Below, piece after piece: positions 31,632 to 41,474 of a stretch of 64,000 nt of DNA. Under the pieces are notes generated by a model. That model ran no database searches and was not told the DNA's origin. It saw only the letters and a list, made by a program, of their open reading frames with translations. The first letter of the stretch is position 1, and each line of letters starts with the position of its first letter. Source of the DNA: Gemmatimonadales bacterium (GTDB taxonomy: Bacteria; Gemmatimonadota; Gemmatimonadetes; Gemmatimonadales; GWC2-71-9); assembly GCA_041613315.1 (NCBI GenBank), contig JBFJHJ010000011.1:10531-74530 (forward strand), in the 5' to 3' direction. Both the position numbers and the translations under genes were made by a program.

Positions 31632-32936
31632 TCAACGCCGCGATGGCGGGGCGAGCGTTCGGATCACCGACACCGCTTCGTCGATCTCGTCCTCCGTGTT
31701 GTAATAGTGCGGCGACAGCCGGACGGCCCACTCGACGTTCTTGTCCGCGTAGTCGATCACGGCGTACGCACGCCGGCTGATCGCCGTGTTGATCCGCCGC
31801 TGGAGCAGCGCCGCGTGGAACGGCTCCGGCGCCCACCCCGAAACGGCGACCGTCACGATACCGCAGAGCTCGGGGCCCCGGTCCAGGACACGGAGCCCGG
31901 CCTCCCCGAGCCCCGCGCGAAGCCGGCCCGCCAGTCGCCCCACGCGCTCCCGGATCGCCCCCAGTCCGACGCGCGCCGCGTAGCGCGCTGCTTCGCCCGT
32001 CCCCAGCACCAGCGCATACGCAAACTCCCACGTCTCGAACCGCGCCGCCGTCGAACGGCACGCATAGCTGTCGGGGCCCGTCCAGTCCGCTCCCTGCATG
32101 TCGATGAACAGCGGCTCCAGCTCGGACTCGAGGACACGGTCCGACACGTAGAGCACACCGGAGCCCCGTGGCCCGCGCAGGAACTTGCGAGCCGTCGCGG
32201 CGAGGAAGTCGCATCCGACGGCGTCCACCCGCACCGGGATCTGGCCCACGGACTGGCAGGCGTCGACGAGATACCACACGCCGGCCTCGCGGCACGCCCG
32301 GCCGATCGCCTCGATCGGCTGCACCAACCCCGAGTTCGTGGGGACGTGCGTGACAGCGACCAGGCGCGGCATCCGCTCGCGGATGAGACGCCCCATGGCG
32401 ACCGGGTCCACGCCACCCTCGGGTGCGTCCGGCGCGCGCACGATCTCGATCCCGAATCGCCGCGCGAGCGACAGGTACATGAGTTGATTCGAGATGTAGT
32501 CGTTCCGGGTGGTGAGGATGACGTCGCCCCGCCCCATGGGAACGGCGGAGAGCGCCTGCGCAACGGCGGCCGTCGCATGTTCGACGAACGCGACCTGTGT
32601 CGTCCCGCATCCGAGCAGGCTCGCCACGGCCTGATAGGCCGCTCGGATCGCCTCGCCCGCCTCCTCCGCGGCCTCGTATCCGCCGATCGCCTGCTCGCGC
32701 TCCAGGTGGCGGTGAACCACGGCCGACACGGGATCCGGCATGAGAGCGGCGCCCGCATTGTTGAGATGGATGCGCTGGGCGACGCCCGGCGTCTCGGCGC
32801 GCAGCGCGCGCACCTGTCGGTCGGTCAGCAGCGGCTGTCTCCGTAGGGATTGGGGGGGGTCTGGCCGCGGTGCGCGACACCGGAGCCTACCGTGCGAGGC
32901 GGCGCACGTCCAGCCGTGTCCTGAAGGATCATTCAC
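31632..32936 (-). CDS. Class V PLP-dependent aminotransferase/C-S lyase (EgtE/cysteine desulfurase-like); true start probably about 32830
   Basis: IHLNNAGAALMP, VDACQSVGQ, ATARKFLRGPRG (PLP Lys), VRLSPHYYNTEDE. Confidence 0.85.
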   Translation of the reverse strand: MNDPSGHGWTCAASHGRLRCRAPRPDPPQSLRRQPLLTDRQVRALRAETPGVAQRIHLNNAGAALMPDPVSAVVHRHLEREQAIGGYEAAEEAGEAIRAAYQAVASLLGCGTTQVAFVEHATAAVAQALSAVPMGRGDVILTTRNDYISNQLMYLSLARRFGIEIVRAPDAPEGGVDPVAMGRLIRERMPRLVAVTHVPTNSGLVQPIEAIGRACREAGVWYLVDACQSVGQIPVRVDAVGCDFLAATARKFLRGPRGSGVLYVSDRVLESELEPLFIDMQGADWTGPDSYACRSTAARFETWEFAYALVLGTGEAARYAARVGLGAIRERVGRLAGRLRAGLGEAGLRVLDRGPELCGIVTVAVSGWAPEPFHAALLQRRINTAISRRAYAVIDYADKNVEWAVRLSPHYYNTEDEIDEAVSVIRTLAPPSRR

Positions 32937-33027
32937 CCCATCCTCCGGCGTCGTTCATCGCCGGCGGCGTTCCATGAGGGCGCCGCCGGCGCCGGTGCCG
33001 GCGCACGACGCCACGGAGACGACGACG

Positions 33028-33513
33028 ATGCTCGAGCACACCTTCGCGCTGACGCTGACGGGGAAGTCCGACTACGAGTTCTCGGTCGCGTTCGACGAAA
33101 ACGGGCTGCCGCCGCTCACGATGGACGAGCCTCCGCCACTAGGCGACGGCCGAGGCCCCAACGCGGCGCGACTGCTGGGAGCCGCGATCGGACACTGCTT
33201 GAGCGCGAGTTTGCTGTTCTGCCTGAAAAAGTCTCGGGTCGCGGTGTCCACGTTTCGCGCCACGGTCGAAGGGACGCTGGTCCGCAACGACGCCGGTCGC
33301 TTCAGGATCGGGCGGGTCCGCGTGACGCTGGCACCCGGCATTGTCGACGACCGCGAGCGCGTGGCCCGTTGCCTCGGCCTCTTCGAGGATTACTGCATCG
33401 TGACCGCGAGCGTGCGAGAGGGGATCGACGTGGAAGTTCGGGTGGAACCCACCGGTGGCGCGGCCACGGTCCCCTCCACACCCGGTGTGGAGGGGACCGC
33501 CGAGCTGCCGTAA
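33028..33513 (+). CDS. OsmC-family protein
   Basis: DEPPPLGDGRGPN, AIGHCL, FEDYCIVTASV (two conserved Cys). Confidence 0.88.
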   Translation: MLEHTFALTLTGKSDYEFSVAFDENGLPPLTMDEPPPLGDGRGPNAARLLGAAIGHCLSASLLFCLKKSRVAVSTFRATVEGTLVRNDAGRFRIGRVRVTLAPGIVDDRERVARCLGLFEDYCIVTASVREGIDVEVRVEPTGGAATVPSTPGVEGTAELP

Positions 33514-33574
33514 GCTGTTTGCACGCGCCCGCGCCCGCCGTTCGGATGGCGTGCGGACGTTCGGGCTGGAACCG

Positions 33575-33895
33575 TTAAGTCATCCGGGCGGTGGCGAAGA
33601 GGGCCTTGAGCGCGACGACCAGGACGGCTGGGGCGAGGAACACGACCAGATTCGCCACCACACTCGTGACCATCCCCCCGACGAATGGCACCGCCTGAAC
33701 GGCTGTCGCCGAGAGCATGAGACCGATCGCGGCAAGCAGGAAGCTTTGCGTTTCCGGACCCTTCACGTTCATGAACCCCACGATGAGGCCCAGCACCGCC
33801 AGGACCCACACGAACCACGTCTGTTCGAGTCCCAGGCCGCCGAGTACGGCGATCGCCAGCCCGCCGATAAAGGCCCATTTCCCGAGATTCGCCAC
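33575..33895 (-). CDS. Small four-TM hypothetical membrane protein
   Basis: AGGAG RBS before GTG; four hydrophobic segments. Confidence 0.75.
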   Translation of the reverse strand: MANLGKWAFIGGLAIAVLGGLGLEQTWFVWVLAVLGLIVGFMNVKGPETQSFLLAAIGLMLSATAVQAVPFVGGMVTSVVANLVVFLAPAVLVVALKALFATARMT

Positions 33896-34017
33896 GTGTC
33901 CTCCTGGTAGGAGTGAGGGAGAGCGGGCGCACAGCCTGAGGCAAACCTACGTTTCAGCTCGCAACGCGCAACCTCGGGCGCGTCGTGGCGGCCGAGGGCG
34001 GTTGCGGCTGGATCCGC

Positions 34018-35001
34018 TCACACCTCGCCGCCGACGACCCGAGCGAGGGTCGCCTGATCGATGTTACCGCCCGTCAAGATCACGGCCACCGAGCGGCCGG
34101 CGAGCCGGTCCCGCAGCTTGAGCAGGCCGGCGAGCCCCGCCGCGGCCGCTCCCTCGACGAGGTTGTGCGTGGTGCGAAGCAGCAGCCGCAAGGCTTCGGC
34201 GATCTCGGCGTCGGTCACGGTGATGAAGTCGGTGAGCCCCTCGCACAGCGCCGGGAAGGTGAGGGCGTACACGTCGCGCGTGGCGATGCCGTCCGCGAAC
34301 GTATCGGCGCGCTCGCCGCGCACGGGCTGCCGGGCGTGCCATGATCGCTGCATCGCCGCCGCTCCCTCCGCCTGCACACCGAAGACGCGGGTCTCCGGCC
34401 GGAGTGCCCGGAGGACCGTGAGGGCGCCGACGGCCTGCGATCCCCCGCCGATGGCTATCACGATCGCGTCGAGGTCCGGCGCGTCCTCCACGATCTCGAG
34501 CGTGATGGTTCCGGCGCCGGCGAGGATGAATCGGTTGTTCGTCCCATGGAGCAGCGTGAGCCCGCGCTCCTGCATCAGCCGCTCCGCGGCCGCGAGCGAC
34601 TCATCGTAGTCGCGACCCGCCTCCATCAGCTTGGCCCCGAACCCGCGCATGGCCTCGTTCTTCTCGGGATTGTTGTCCCGTGGCACCACGACGGTCACAG
34701 GCACCCCCAGAAGCCGCCCCGCGTAGGCGACGCCCTGACCGTGATTGCCCCGCGTCGCCGTCACCACGCCGCGGCGGCGTTCGTCGTCCGCCAGGGCGCT
34801 GACGGCCGCGAGCCCGTTGCGCACCTTGAACGAGTTCGTAGGGTTGTGGTTTTCGTGCTTGACGAGCACGCGGATACCGCCTCCCACGGCGGCATCGAGC
34901 GGCGCGTAGGTGCGCAGGGGGGTCCGCTGCAGGTAGGGCTGCAGGCGCTCCCGCGCCGCACGGATATCCGCGAGTTCGATCGGCCAGATCTGATCGGGCA
35001 T
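34018..35001 (-). CDS. Threonine/serine dehydratase (PLP, no regulatory domain)
   Basis: KHENHNPTNSFKVR, ATRGNHGQG, IGGGS, TGGNID. Confidence 0.9.
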   Translation of the reverse strand: MPDQIWPIELADIRAARERLQPYLQRTPLRTYAPLDAAVGGGIRVLVKHENHNPTNSFKVRNGLAAVSALADDERRRGVVTATRGNHGQGVAYAGRLLGVPVTVVVPRDNNPEKNEAMRGFGAKLMEAGRDYDESLAAAERLMQERGLTLLHGTNNRFILAGAGTITLEIVEDAPDLDAIVIAIGGGSQAVGALTVLRALRPETRVFGVQAEGAAAMQRSWHARQPVRGERADTFADGIATRDVYALTFPALCEGLTDFITVTDAEIAEALRLLLRTTHNLVEGAAAAGLAGLLKLRDRLAGRSVAVILTGGNIDQATLARVVGGEV

Positions 35002-35070
35002 GCTAGCGGTCCCTGCCGCGACGACGCGGGTGTCGCGGCGCACCGGGAGGCGTCGCGCACGGGCGCCCCA

Positions 35071-36189
35071 TCAGCGGCGCACCTCGAGGTGGACCGCGGC
35101 ACGGAACCCGCGGAATCCGACGCGGGAGCCCGCCTGCACCACGAACCCGCTCACTCCGCTGCCCTGCACCACGACGGCGGCCTGCGGACCAACCTCGGCG
35201 CGTACATCGGTGCCGAACCGGAGCGACCGCCCGGCGAGGACGAGGTCGCCCGCGTCCTCGACCCACGAACTGCGAAACTCCGCGAGCGGGGCGAGCGACA
35301 CGCGCGACCCTGCGGGGAAGGCCACGCGGAGCCCGGCGCCGGCCAAATTGCCTCGCGGCAGCACCGCGGCGCCCAGCGTGGTTGGTTCGACCTGGGGATC
35401 GGTTCGAAGGGCGTCGAACGCATACGCCACGAGCCTCGCGCTCCCGATTCCCTGGTCCACCGACAGGTAGCCGACGAACCGGTTGCCCACGCCGTTCTGC
35501 GTCGTCCCGGCCACTTCAGCCTTCGCACGATGCGCGAACATCCCCGCGGCCCGCACATAGGTGCGTCGCGCCAGCGGCCCTTCGGCGCCGACGCGCACCC
35601 GCGTATCCGCGCCCGGTCTCAGTTCGCCCGGCTCCTCCACGACGGGTCGGTAGCCCAGCGGCTGCCGCACGGTTCCCCCGACCCCCAGCGCCCACTCCCC
35701 TATCGGGAATGCGGCGGCGAACCCGGCACCCACGTTGCCGCCGTTGCCCACGCTCGAGGTCGCGAACCCGATCAGGTCGCTCGAGATCGCACCCAGGATG
35801 CTCAACTCCTCACGCTCGACGGTCTCGACGCCGGAGGGGATGACGCCGGTGGCAAAGACGATCAGGCGCCCGGGCACGGCGTCGAGTGAGAGCCGCGCCT
35901 CCGTGTCGAGGGCACCAGCGATCCGCTGATGCGGCAGTAACTGGGGGTCGGCCGAGCGGAGGTCCACCCACACGTAGCCGCCAGCGAGCGCGAAGCTCGC
36001 GCGCCGGCCGAGGCCCACGCTGACCCCCACCGGCACCGTGACCTCGGTGACGCGGTCGAGGACGAGCCCGCGCTTGAAGCGATAGCTCTCGATGAACACC
36101 GCCGAGCTGGCCTCCATCGTCTGGGCGGCCAACTCGCCCCCACCGAGGGCTGCCGCGAGGAGCGTGCCGGCGAGTTTCGCCCGCGTCAT
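35071..36189 (-). CDS. Putative outer-membrane beta-barrel protein
   Basis: Signal peptide ending LAAQ, many amphipathic strands; ATGA overlap with the upstream gene. Confidence 0.65.
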   Translation of the reverse strand: MTRAKLAGTLLAAALGGGELAAQTMEASSAVFIESYRFKRGLVLDRVTEVTVPVGVSVGLGRRASFALAGGYVWVDLRSADPQLLPHQRIAGALDTEARLSLDAVPGRLIVFATGVIPSGVETVEREELSILGAISSDLIGFATSSVGNGGNVGAGFAAAFPIGEWALGVGGTVRQPLGYRPVVEEPGELRPGADTRVRVGAEGPLARRTYVRAAGMFAHRAKAEVAGTTQNGVGNRFVGYLSVDQGIGSARLVAYAFDALRTDPQVEPTTLGAAVLPRGNLAGAGLRVAFPAGSRVSLAPLAEFRSSWVEDAGDLVLAGRSLRFGTDVRAEVGPQAAVVVQGSGVSGFVVQAGSRVGFRGFRAAVHLEVRR

Positions 36190-37505
36190 GGGAGTCGCAG
36201 CAGCAGGCGCAGGGTGCCGGTCGCGGTGTCACCCGCCCCCACGCTCACGATCGTGGGCGGCGGCAGCGCCGTCGTCGAGCCCGTCGCCCGCCGCGTGGTC
36301 TCCGCGAGCATGGTGGGGGCAGTGAGTTCCGCGAGGGTCGGAGCGAGATCGCCCACGGTCGCGCCGATGGCGCCGACCATGGCGGCGCGAACGGGAGCCG
36401 CGACGGTGATCGCGGCTACCGCGGTCACGCGCGTCGCGGGGATCCGCAAGACCTCCGGCATCGCCGCAGTCGCCTCGTACCGCACCCGCGCCGCCTCGAA
36501 GGTCGGATCGTCAGCGACGGCACGGCGGTAGAACGCCGCGGCGCCGCTCCACTCACCGCGGTCTTCGGCGTCGAGCCCGCGCGAATACGCGAGAAACGCG
36601 GCGAGGTTCTGCGTCCCGTTCTCCAACACGCGACGCCGTTCCGCTTCGGAGAGCACGTATCCGAGGTGGGCCGCGAGCTCGACCACCAGCTCCTTCTCCA
36701 ACCGCAGCAGCTCCCGAAACCGCCCGGTCGCCACCGCCGGTTCGGTGACGGTGCCGTCGGCGCGCACGACGCTCGCCTCGAGCCGGACGACGTCATCAGG
36801 CGGGAGCGCCGCGAGACCCTGCACCATCCGCCCGGCCCGCAGCAGACGCCCTGCGCGCGCCGCAGTCGCAGGGTCCACCCGTCCGGTCTCGGCCAGGTGG
36901 ATCTCGTCCAACAGCGCGCCCACCTGGAGCCGTTCCACCAACCGGAACTGCTGGAGCAGCGCGAGGTCGGAGACGAGCATCTGCGCCAGCCCCCGCCCCA
37001 GGGGCCGGTGACCACTGTCCCCGCTCACGATGTCGAGCGGCAGCACCGCCACGGTGCGCGGGTCCGCGGTGTCACTCGTGAGCTCGGTTTCACGGGCGAG
37101 AGCGGCCCGGGCGTGCTCCACGGCGCGGGCCCGAAGCGCCAGCACTTCGCGGGCCCGGACCGCGGGAGCGCCCGGGCGCTCATCGTACGCCGCGAGATAC
37201 TCTCGATAGATCGCGACCGCCTCGTCGTATCGACCGGCCCGCTCGTAGCATTGCCCCAGGACCAGCGGACCGAGTGCCATGGCCGGGGCGTGGGCGCGGC
37301 CTCGACGAGCAACGCCCTGGGCGCTGTCGCAGCGGTGGGCGGCAAACAGGGCAGCGGCGTAGCGCAGCAGCACGCCGGCATGCTCGGGCTCCCGAGCCAG
37401 GCGCGCTTCGAGGTCGGGGATCTCGGCCGGCGATACATCGGCCATCCGCCCCGCGGCGCACGCGCTGCCGACGAGGGCCGCGCCGACGAGCAGCAGCGGC
37501 CGCAC
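36186..37505 (-). CDS. TPR + CsgG/HfaB-like lipoprotein
   Basis: Lipobox 'GSAC', TPRs, and 'TVAVLPL…GLAQMLVSDL…LVERLQVGALLDE…AARAGRLL', a CsgG/TolB-N-like segment. Start is 37505 or 37562. Confidence 0.72.
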   Translation of the reverse strand: MRPLLLVGAALVGSACAAGRMADVSPAEIPDLEARLAREPEHAGVLLRYAAALFAAHRCDSAQGVARRGRAHAPAMALGPLVLGQCYERAGRYDEAVAIYREYLAAYDERPGAPAVRAREVLALRARAVEHARAALARETELTSDTADPRTVAVLPLDIVSGDSGHRPLGRGLAQMLVSDLALLQQFRLVERLQVGALLDEIHLAETGRVDPATAARAGRLLRAGRMVQGLAALPPDDVVRLEASVVRADGTVTEPAVATGRFRELLRLEKELVVELAAHLGYVLSEAERRRVLENGTQNLAAFLAYSRGLDAEDRGEWSGAAAFYRRAVADDPTFEAARVRYEATAAMPEVLRIPATRVTAVAAITVAAPVRAAMVGAIGATVGDLAPTLAELTAPTMLAETTRRATGSTTALPPPTIVSVGAGDTATGTLRLLLRLP

Positions 37506-37768
37506 GCGGTGCCGGGCGGCACGCGCGGCGAGCGAGACGACGGTAGGCTCCACCCTCAGCACGAGCTGCCGCGCTCTGATGCGGGGCGGGAAGTTGCCGC
37601 CCGCGGCGGGGGCGCGGCAAAGACGAGCGCCGTAGCATCGGGGTCGCCCACCGGTGCGGGGGACGAGCTCACGTCGTGGTCGCCCGCCCCGCGCTGCGCT
37701 TGACCCGAGGATCGCGGCGTGGGAGGCATCGAGGGAAGTGAGACCCGAGGAACCGGCGGCGGTGCCGC

Positions 37769-37960
37769 TCAGTCCTTCTGCTGCAGCATGCTGCGCATGC
37801 GGCGGGACAGTGCCTCGATCTCGCGGAGCCCCGTGACGGTCTCTTCGTCGAGGGCATCAGCCCGCATCAGCATGAGTTGCGTCTCCGCAAGGATCGCGGA
37901 CAGCGGGTTGGACAGGTCGTGGCGCAGCTTTCGCATTCGTTGTTCAGCGCTCTCCGTCAT
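37769..37960 (-). CDS. Stand-alone histidine kinase dimerisation/phosphoacceptor (HisKA) protein, 63 aa
   Basis: H-box 'LRHDLSNPLSAI' plus a second helix. The ATG overlaps the upstream stop (ATGA). Confidence 0.75.
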   Translation of the reverse strand: MTESAEQRMRKLRHDLSNPLSAILAETQLMLMRADALDEETVTGLREIEALSRRMRSMLQQKD

Positions 37961-38244
37961 TCGGACACCGACCGATACAGGTCGCGAAGGTGGTGATCGC
38001 GCAGACCATAGACGCACTCCCACAGATCGGTCTCGGTGCCGGCGCAGAAGATATCCGCGGTCGAGACCCCGCCGTCCCCTTCAGCGGGACCGAACAGCAG
38101 CCTCCCGCGCCAGTATCCGTCGTCGGTGCGTCGCAGCTCCAGCCGCAGCGCGATCACCTCTTCGCCGTACCGCAGCGGCGGGAGTTCGTGCTGGACCGGA
38201 TCGTTCGGGTTATGAGGGCCGTAGCGAACCGGCGTTCCCGGCAT
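37957..38244 (-). CDS. Hypothetical protein, 95 aa
   Basis: Protein-like composition, translationally coupled to the HisKA gene, promoter-like TTGCCC-16-TATATT upstream. Confidence 0.7.
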   Translation of the reverse strand: MPGTPVRYGPHNPNDPVQHELPPLRYGEEVIALRLELRRTDDGYWRGRLLFGPAEGDGGVSTADIFCAGTETDLWECVYGLRDHHLRDLYRSVSE

Positions 38245-38366
38245 GCACCGCAGCCTGTGGGTTTGCGCAAATATAAAAGGCTCCTACACTTGGGCAAATG
38301 ACGGCATAGCGCGCAACACGACGCATGACTCCCAAGAGAGGCCGACGCCGGTGTCCCGTGCTGCGC

Positions 38367-39533
38367 TTACATGGAGTAGATGGGAACCGGCGTAAAGGTG
38401 ACGGCGAAGAGCGCGAGGGTCGCCCACGCGAGGACACGGCGGTCGCGGGGGAGCGGCCGGTGCCGGTCGAGGACCTCGGGATGGGCGATGCGGCCGCGTC
38501 CCAAGACGAGGATCAGCACGGCCCACACCCACCACCAGAGCGCCTCCCAAGCGTACGGCGGGAACCACTGCCAATAGGCGATGCCCAACACGATCATCAT
38601 CCACCAGGTCGCCACCCCCCACTGTGCCTGGCGCCGCCCCGCCAGCGCGTAGAGCACATGCCCGCCGTCGAGCTGCGCCAGCGGCAAGAGGTTCAACATC
38701 GTGACGAAGAGACCGAGCCATCCGGCGAGCGCGAGCGGGTGGAGCAGCACCATGCCGTCGCCGACCAGGAGATGTCGCGCGACGTACATGAGCGGCGAGT
38801 CGCCCAGCCGAATCTGGCCATACGGCAGCACGACCAGCTGGCCGCCGCCGCCGCCGTCACCAGGCAGGATCTGTGAGCGGAGCAGTCCTACGACCAGGGC
38901 CACGAGTGCCACGGCGAACCCGGCCCAGGGCCCCGCGGCCCCGACGTCGAGCAGTTGGCGGCGGTCCACGATCGGGCTGCGGAGCCGAATGAACGCCCCG
39001 AAGGTCCCGATCCAGTTCACGGCGGGTGGCGCCGGGAGGAAGTAGGGCGGCGACGCGTTGATTCCATAGCGTCGAGCCACCAGGAAGTGTCCCGACTCGT
39101 GGGCGAGGAGAATCGCCATCAGCGCCATCGCGAAGTCGAGGGCCGGGCTGGGCGAGAAGAGATCGCTGGCGAACCGGCTCACCAGATCGGACAGCAGCGT
39201 GAGATCGCCGGTGAGCGAGTACGGGAATCCCTGCGGCACGGGGGCCCCGGCGAACAGGGCCCCACCCATCCACACGGTGATGAACGTGATCAGGAACAGG
39301 AGCGCATGGAGCCACCAGCGCTCTCGGTCGGGCGCCGCGAGGACGCGGATCAGCACGAGCCGACCTGCCCCGTCGTCCGGGGTCCAATAGTGCGGGCCTG
39401 GCCACGCGTCGAGCGCGGCGGCCAATTCCGGGGAGGGCGCGCGGTGCTCGGGCCGCACCATTGCATCCACGATCTCGCGGTCGCGGACGACGGTTGTCCG
39501 CCACCAGAGGAAATACGGTGCCAGCGGATTCAC
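38367..39533 (-). CDS. Site-2 protease (M50 family)
   Basis: HESGH, AAGPWAG, NLLPLAQLDGGH; multiple TMs. Confidence 0.92.
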   Translation of the reverse strand: MNPLAPYFLWWRTTVVRDREIVDAMVRPEHRAPSPELAAALDAWPGPHYWTPDDGAGRLVLIRVLAAPDRERWWLHALLFLITFITVWMGGALFAGAPVPQGFPYSLTGDLTLLSDLVSRFASDLFSPSPALDFAMALMAILLAHESGHFLVARRYGINASPPYFLPAPPAVNWIGTFGAFIRLRSPIVDRRQLLDVGAAGPWAGFAVALVALVVGLLRSQILPGDGGGGGQLVVLPYGQIRLGDSPLMYVARHLLVGDGMVLLHPLALAGWLGLFVTMLNLLPLAQLDGGHVLYALAGRRQAQWGVATWWMMIVLGIAYWQWFPPYAWEALWWWVWAVLILVLGRGRIAHPEVLDRHRPLPRDRRVLAWATLALFAVTFTPVPIYSM

Positions 39534-39538
39534 GGCTC

Positions 39539-39567
39539 TTGACGCCTCCCAGGGACGGGGGTATGAT
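39539..39567 (+). promoter_or_regulatory. sigma-70 promoter of rho
   Basis: TTGACG-17 bp-TATGAT. Confidence 0.75.
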
Positions 39568-39705
39568 TATGCACCTTCACATCTGAACCCCCGAACAGAC
39601 CCTCGATTCACGGCGTCATTCCGAGGCAGCCGCCCGGGCCGACGACCTTACGGTCGGACTTCGGATTGCGGTACCAACCCCTCCCCCTGATGGAGCCCCA
39701 AGCAC

Positions 39706-40956
39706 GTGGACATCGCTGAACTCAAGAAGAAATCGGTCGCGGAACTCCACGCGATGGCCGAAGAGTTGAACATCACCAACTACTCCGGCCTCCGCAAGCA
39801 GGATCTCATCTTCCGCATCGAGCAGTCATTGCTCGATTCCGACACCGTCCTCCGCGGCGAGGGCGTGCTGGAGATCTTGCCCGAGGGTTACGGCTTCCTG
39901 CGCAGCCAGGACTGGAACTACCTCTACGGCCCAGACGACATCTACGTCAGTCCCAGCCAGATCAAGCGGTTCGATCTTCGAACCGGCGACACGGTGCTGG
40001 GCCAGGTGCGACCGCCCAAGGAAGGGGAGCGGTATCTCGCCCTCCTCAAGGTCGAGCGCGTCAACTTCGACGACCCAGAGAAGGCGAAGCACCGGATCGC
40101 GTTCGACAACCTGCGGCCGCGCTACCCCGACCGCCGGATTCGCCTCGAGCGCAAGGACGCCGACCTTTCGATGCGTGTGATGGATGTGCTCACGCCCGTC
40201 GGGTTCGGCCAGCGGGGCTTGATCGTGTCGCCGCCCAAGGCGGGCAAGACGATCCTCCTGCAGAAGATCGCCAACTCCATCACCGAGAATCATCCCGAGG
40301 CGGTGCTGATCGTCTTGCTCATCGACGAGCGCCCCGAGGAGGTGACGGACATGGAGGAGCAAGTCCAGGGCGAGGTGATCTCCTCCACGTTCGACGAGCC
40401 CGCGGATCGCCACGTCCAGGTCGCCGACATGGTGATCGAGAAGGCCAAGCGTCTCGTCGAGAACGAGCGCGACGTGATCATCCTCCTGGACTCGATCACC
40501 CGGCTCGCCCGGGCGCACAACGTGGTCATCCCGCACTCCGGGAAGATCCTCTCGGGCGGCGTGGACGCGAACGCCTTGCAGAAACCGAAACGCTTCTTCG
40601 GCGCGGCGCGGAACATCGAGGGGGGCGGGTCCCTCACGATCGTCGCGACCGCCCTCATCGAGACGGGCAGCCGGATGGACGAGGTCATCTTCGAGGAGTT
40701 CAAGGGCACCGGCAACATGGAGCTCGTGCTCGACCGCCGCATCGCGGACCGGCGGATCTACCCCGCGATCGAGGTGCAGCGGAGCTCGACGCGGAAGGAA
40801 GAGCTTCTCCTGGACAAGGACGAGCTCAACAAGATCTACCTCCTCCGCAACTTCCTCGCGGACATGCCGCCCGTCGAGGCGATCGAGTTTCTGCTCGAGC
40901 GGATGAAACGCACGAAGAACAACAAGGAGTTCTTCGGAACGATGCAGCAGGGATGA
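39706..40956 (+). CDS. rho: Transcription termination factor Rho
   Basis: [45 protein letters not shown]. Confidence 0.99.
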   Translation: MDIAELKKKSVAELHAMAEELNITNYSGLRKQDLIFRIEQSLLDSDTVLRGEGVLEILPEGYGFLRSQDWNYLYGPDDIYVSPSQIKRFDLRTGDTVLGQVRPPKEGERYLALLKVERVNFDDPEKAKHRIAFDNLRPRYPDRRIRLERKDADLSMRVMDVLTPVGFGQRGLIVSPPKAGKTILLQKIANSITENHPEAVLIVLLIDERPEEVTDMEEQVQGEVISSTFDEPADRHVQVADMVIEKAKRLVENERDVIILLDSITRLARAHNVVIPHSGKILSGGVDANALQKPKRFFGAARNIEGGGSLTIVATALIETGSRMDEVIFEEFKGTGNMELVLDRRIADRRIYPAIEVQRSSTRKEELLLDKDELNKIYLLRNFLADMPPVEAIEFLLERMKRTKNNKEFFGTMQQG

Positions 40957-41474
40957 TGGGCGGGCAGGCGGACCGGCGGTCAGACGGTCGGGGGAACGCG
41001 CCCCCTCACGACGACAAGACTGCCAGGCCGCCCGACCGCGCGACCGTCGTCCCGCCCGAGGGCCGGCTGCTTGGGGTCGACCACGGCGAGAAACGCATCG
41101 GCCTGGCGCTCTCCGATCCCTCTCAGGTCATCGCGCAACCGCTCGCTACCCTCACGCGGCGTGCCGGCCGCCGCTTCCCGATGCAGACCCTCCGCCGCCA
41201 TCTCGACGCCCATCATCCCGTGGGGATCGTCATGGGGCTCCCCCGCGCGCCTGATGGCTCCGAGGATGACCGGGCCGCGGCCGCGCGCGCCGTCGGCCGG
41301 CTGATCGGCGACAAGACCGGGCTGCCGGTCGCGTACTGGGACGAACGCATGAGCACCGCGCGCGCCCTCCGGGCGGTTAAGGACTTGGGCGGGGGGTTGC
41401 GGGGCCGCAAGGGCGACGTGGACCAGCTCGCCGCCACCGTGCTGCTCCAGAACTACCTCGACAGTCGCCGATGA
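40953..41474 (+). CDS. ruvX: RuvX/YqgF pre-16S rRNA nuclease / Holliday junction resolvase-like
   Basis: [44 protein letters not shown]. Confidence 0.93.
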   Translation: MMGGQADRRSDGRGNAPPHDDKTARPPDRATVVPPEGRLLGVDHGEKRIGLALSDPSQVIAQPLATLTRRAGRRFPMQTLRRHLDAHHPVGIVMGLPRAPDGSEDDRAAAARAVGRLIGDKTGLPVAYWDERMSTARALRAVKDLGGGLRGRKGDVDQLAATVLLQNYLDSRR

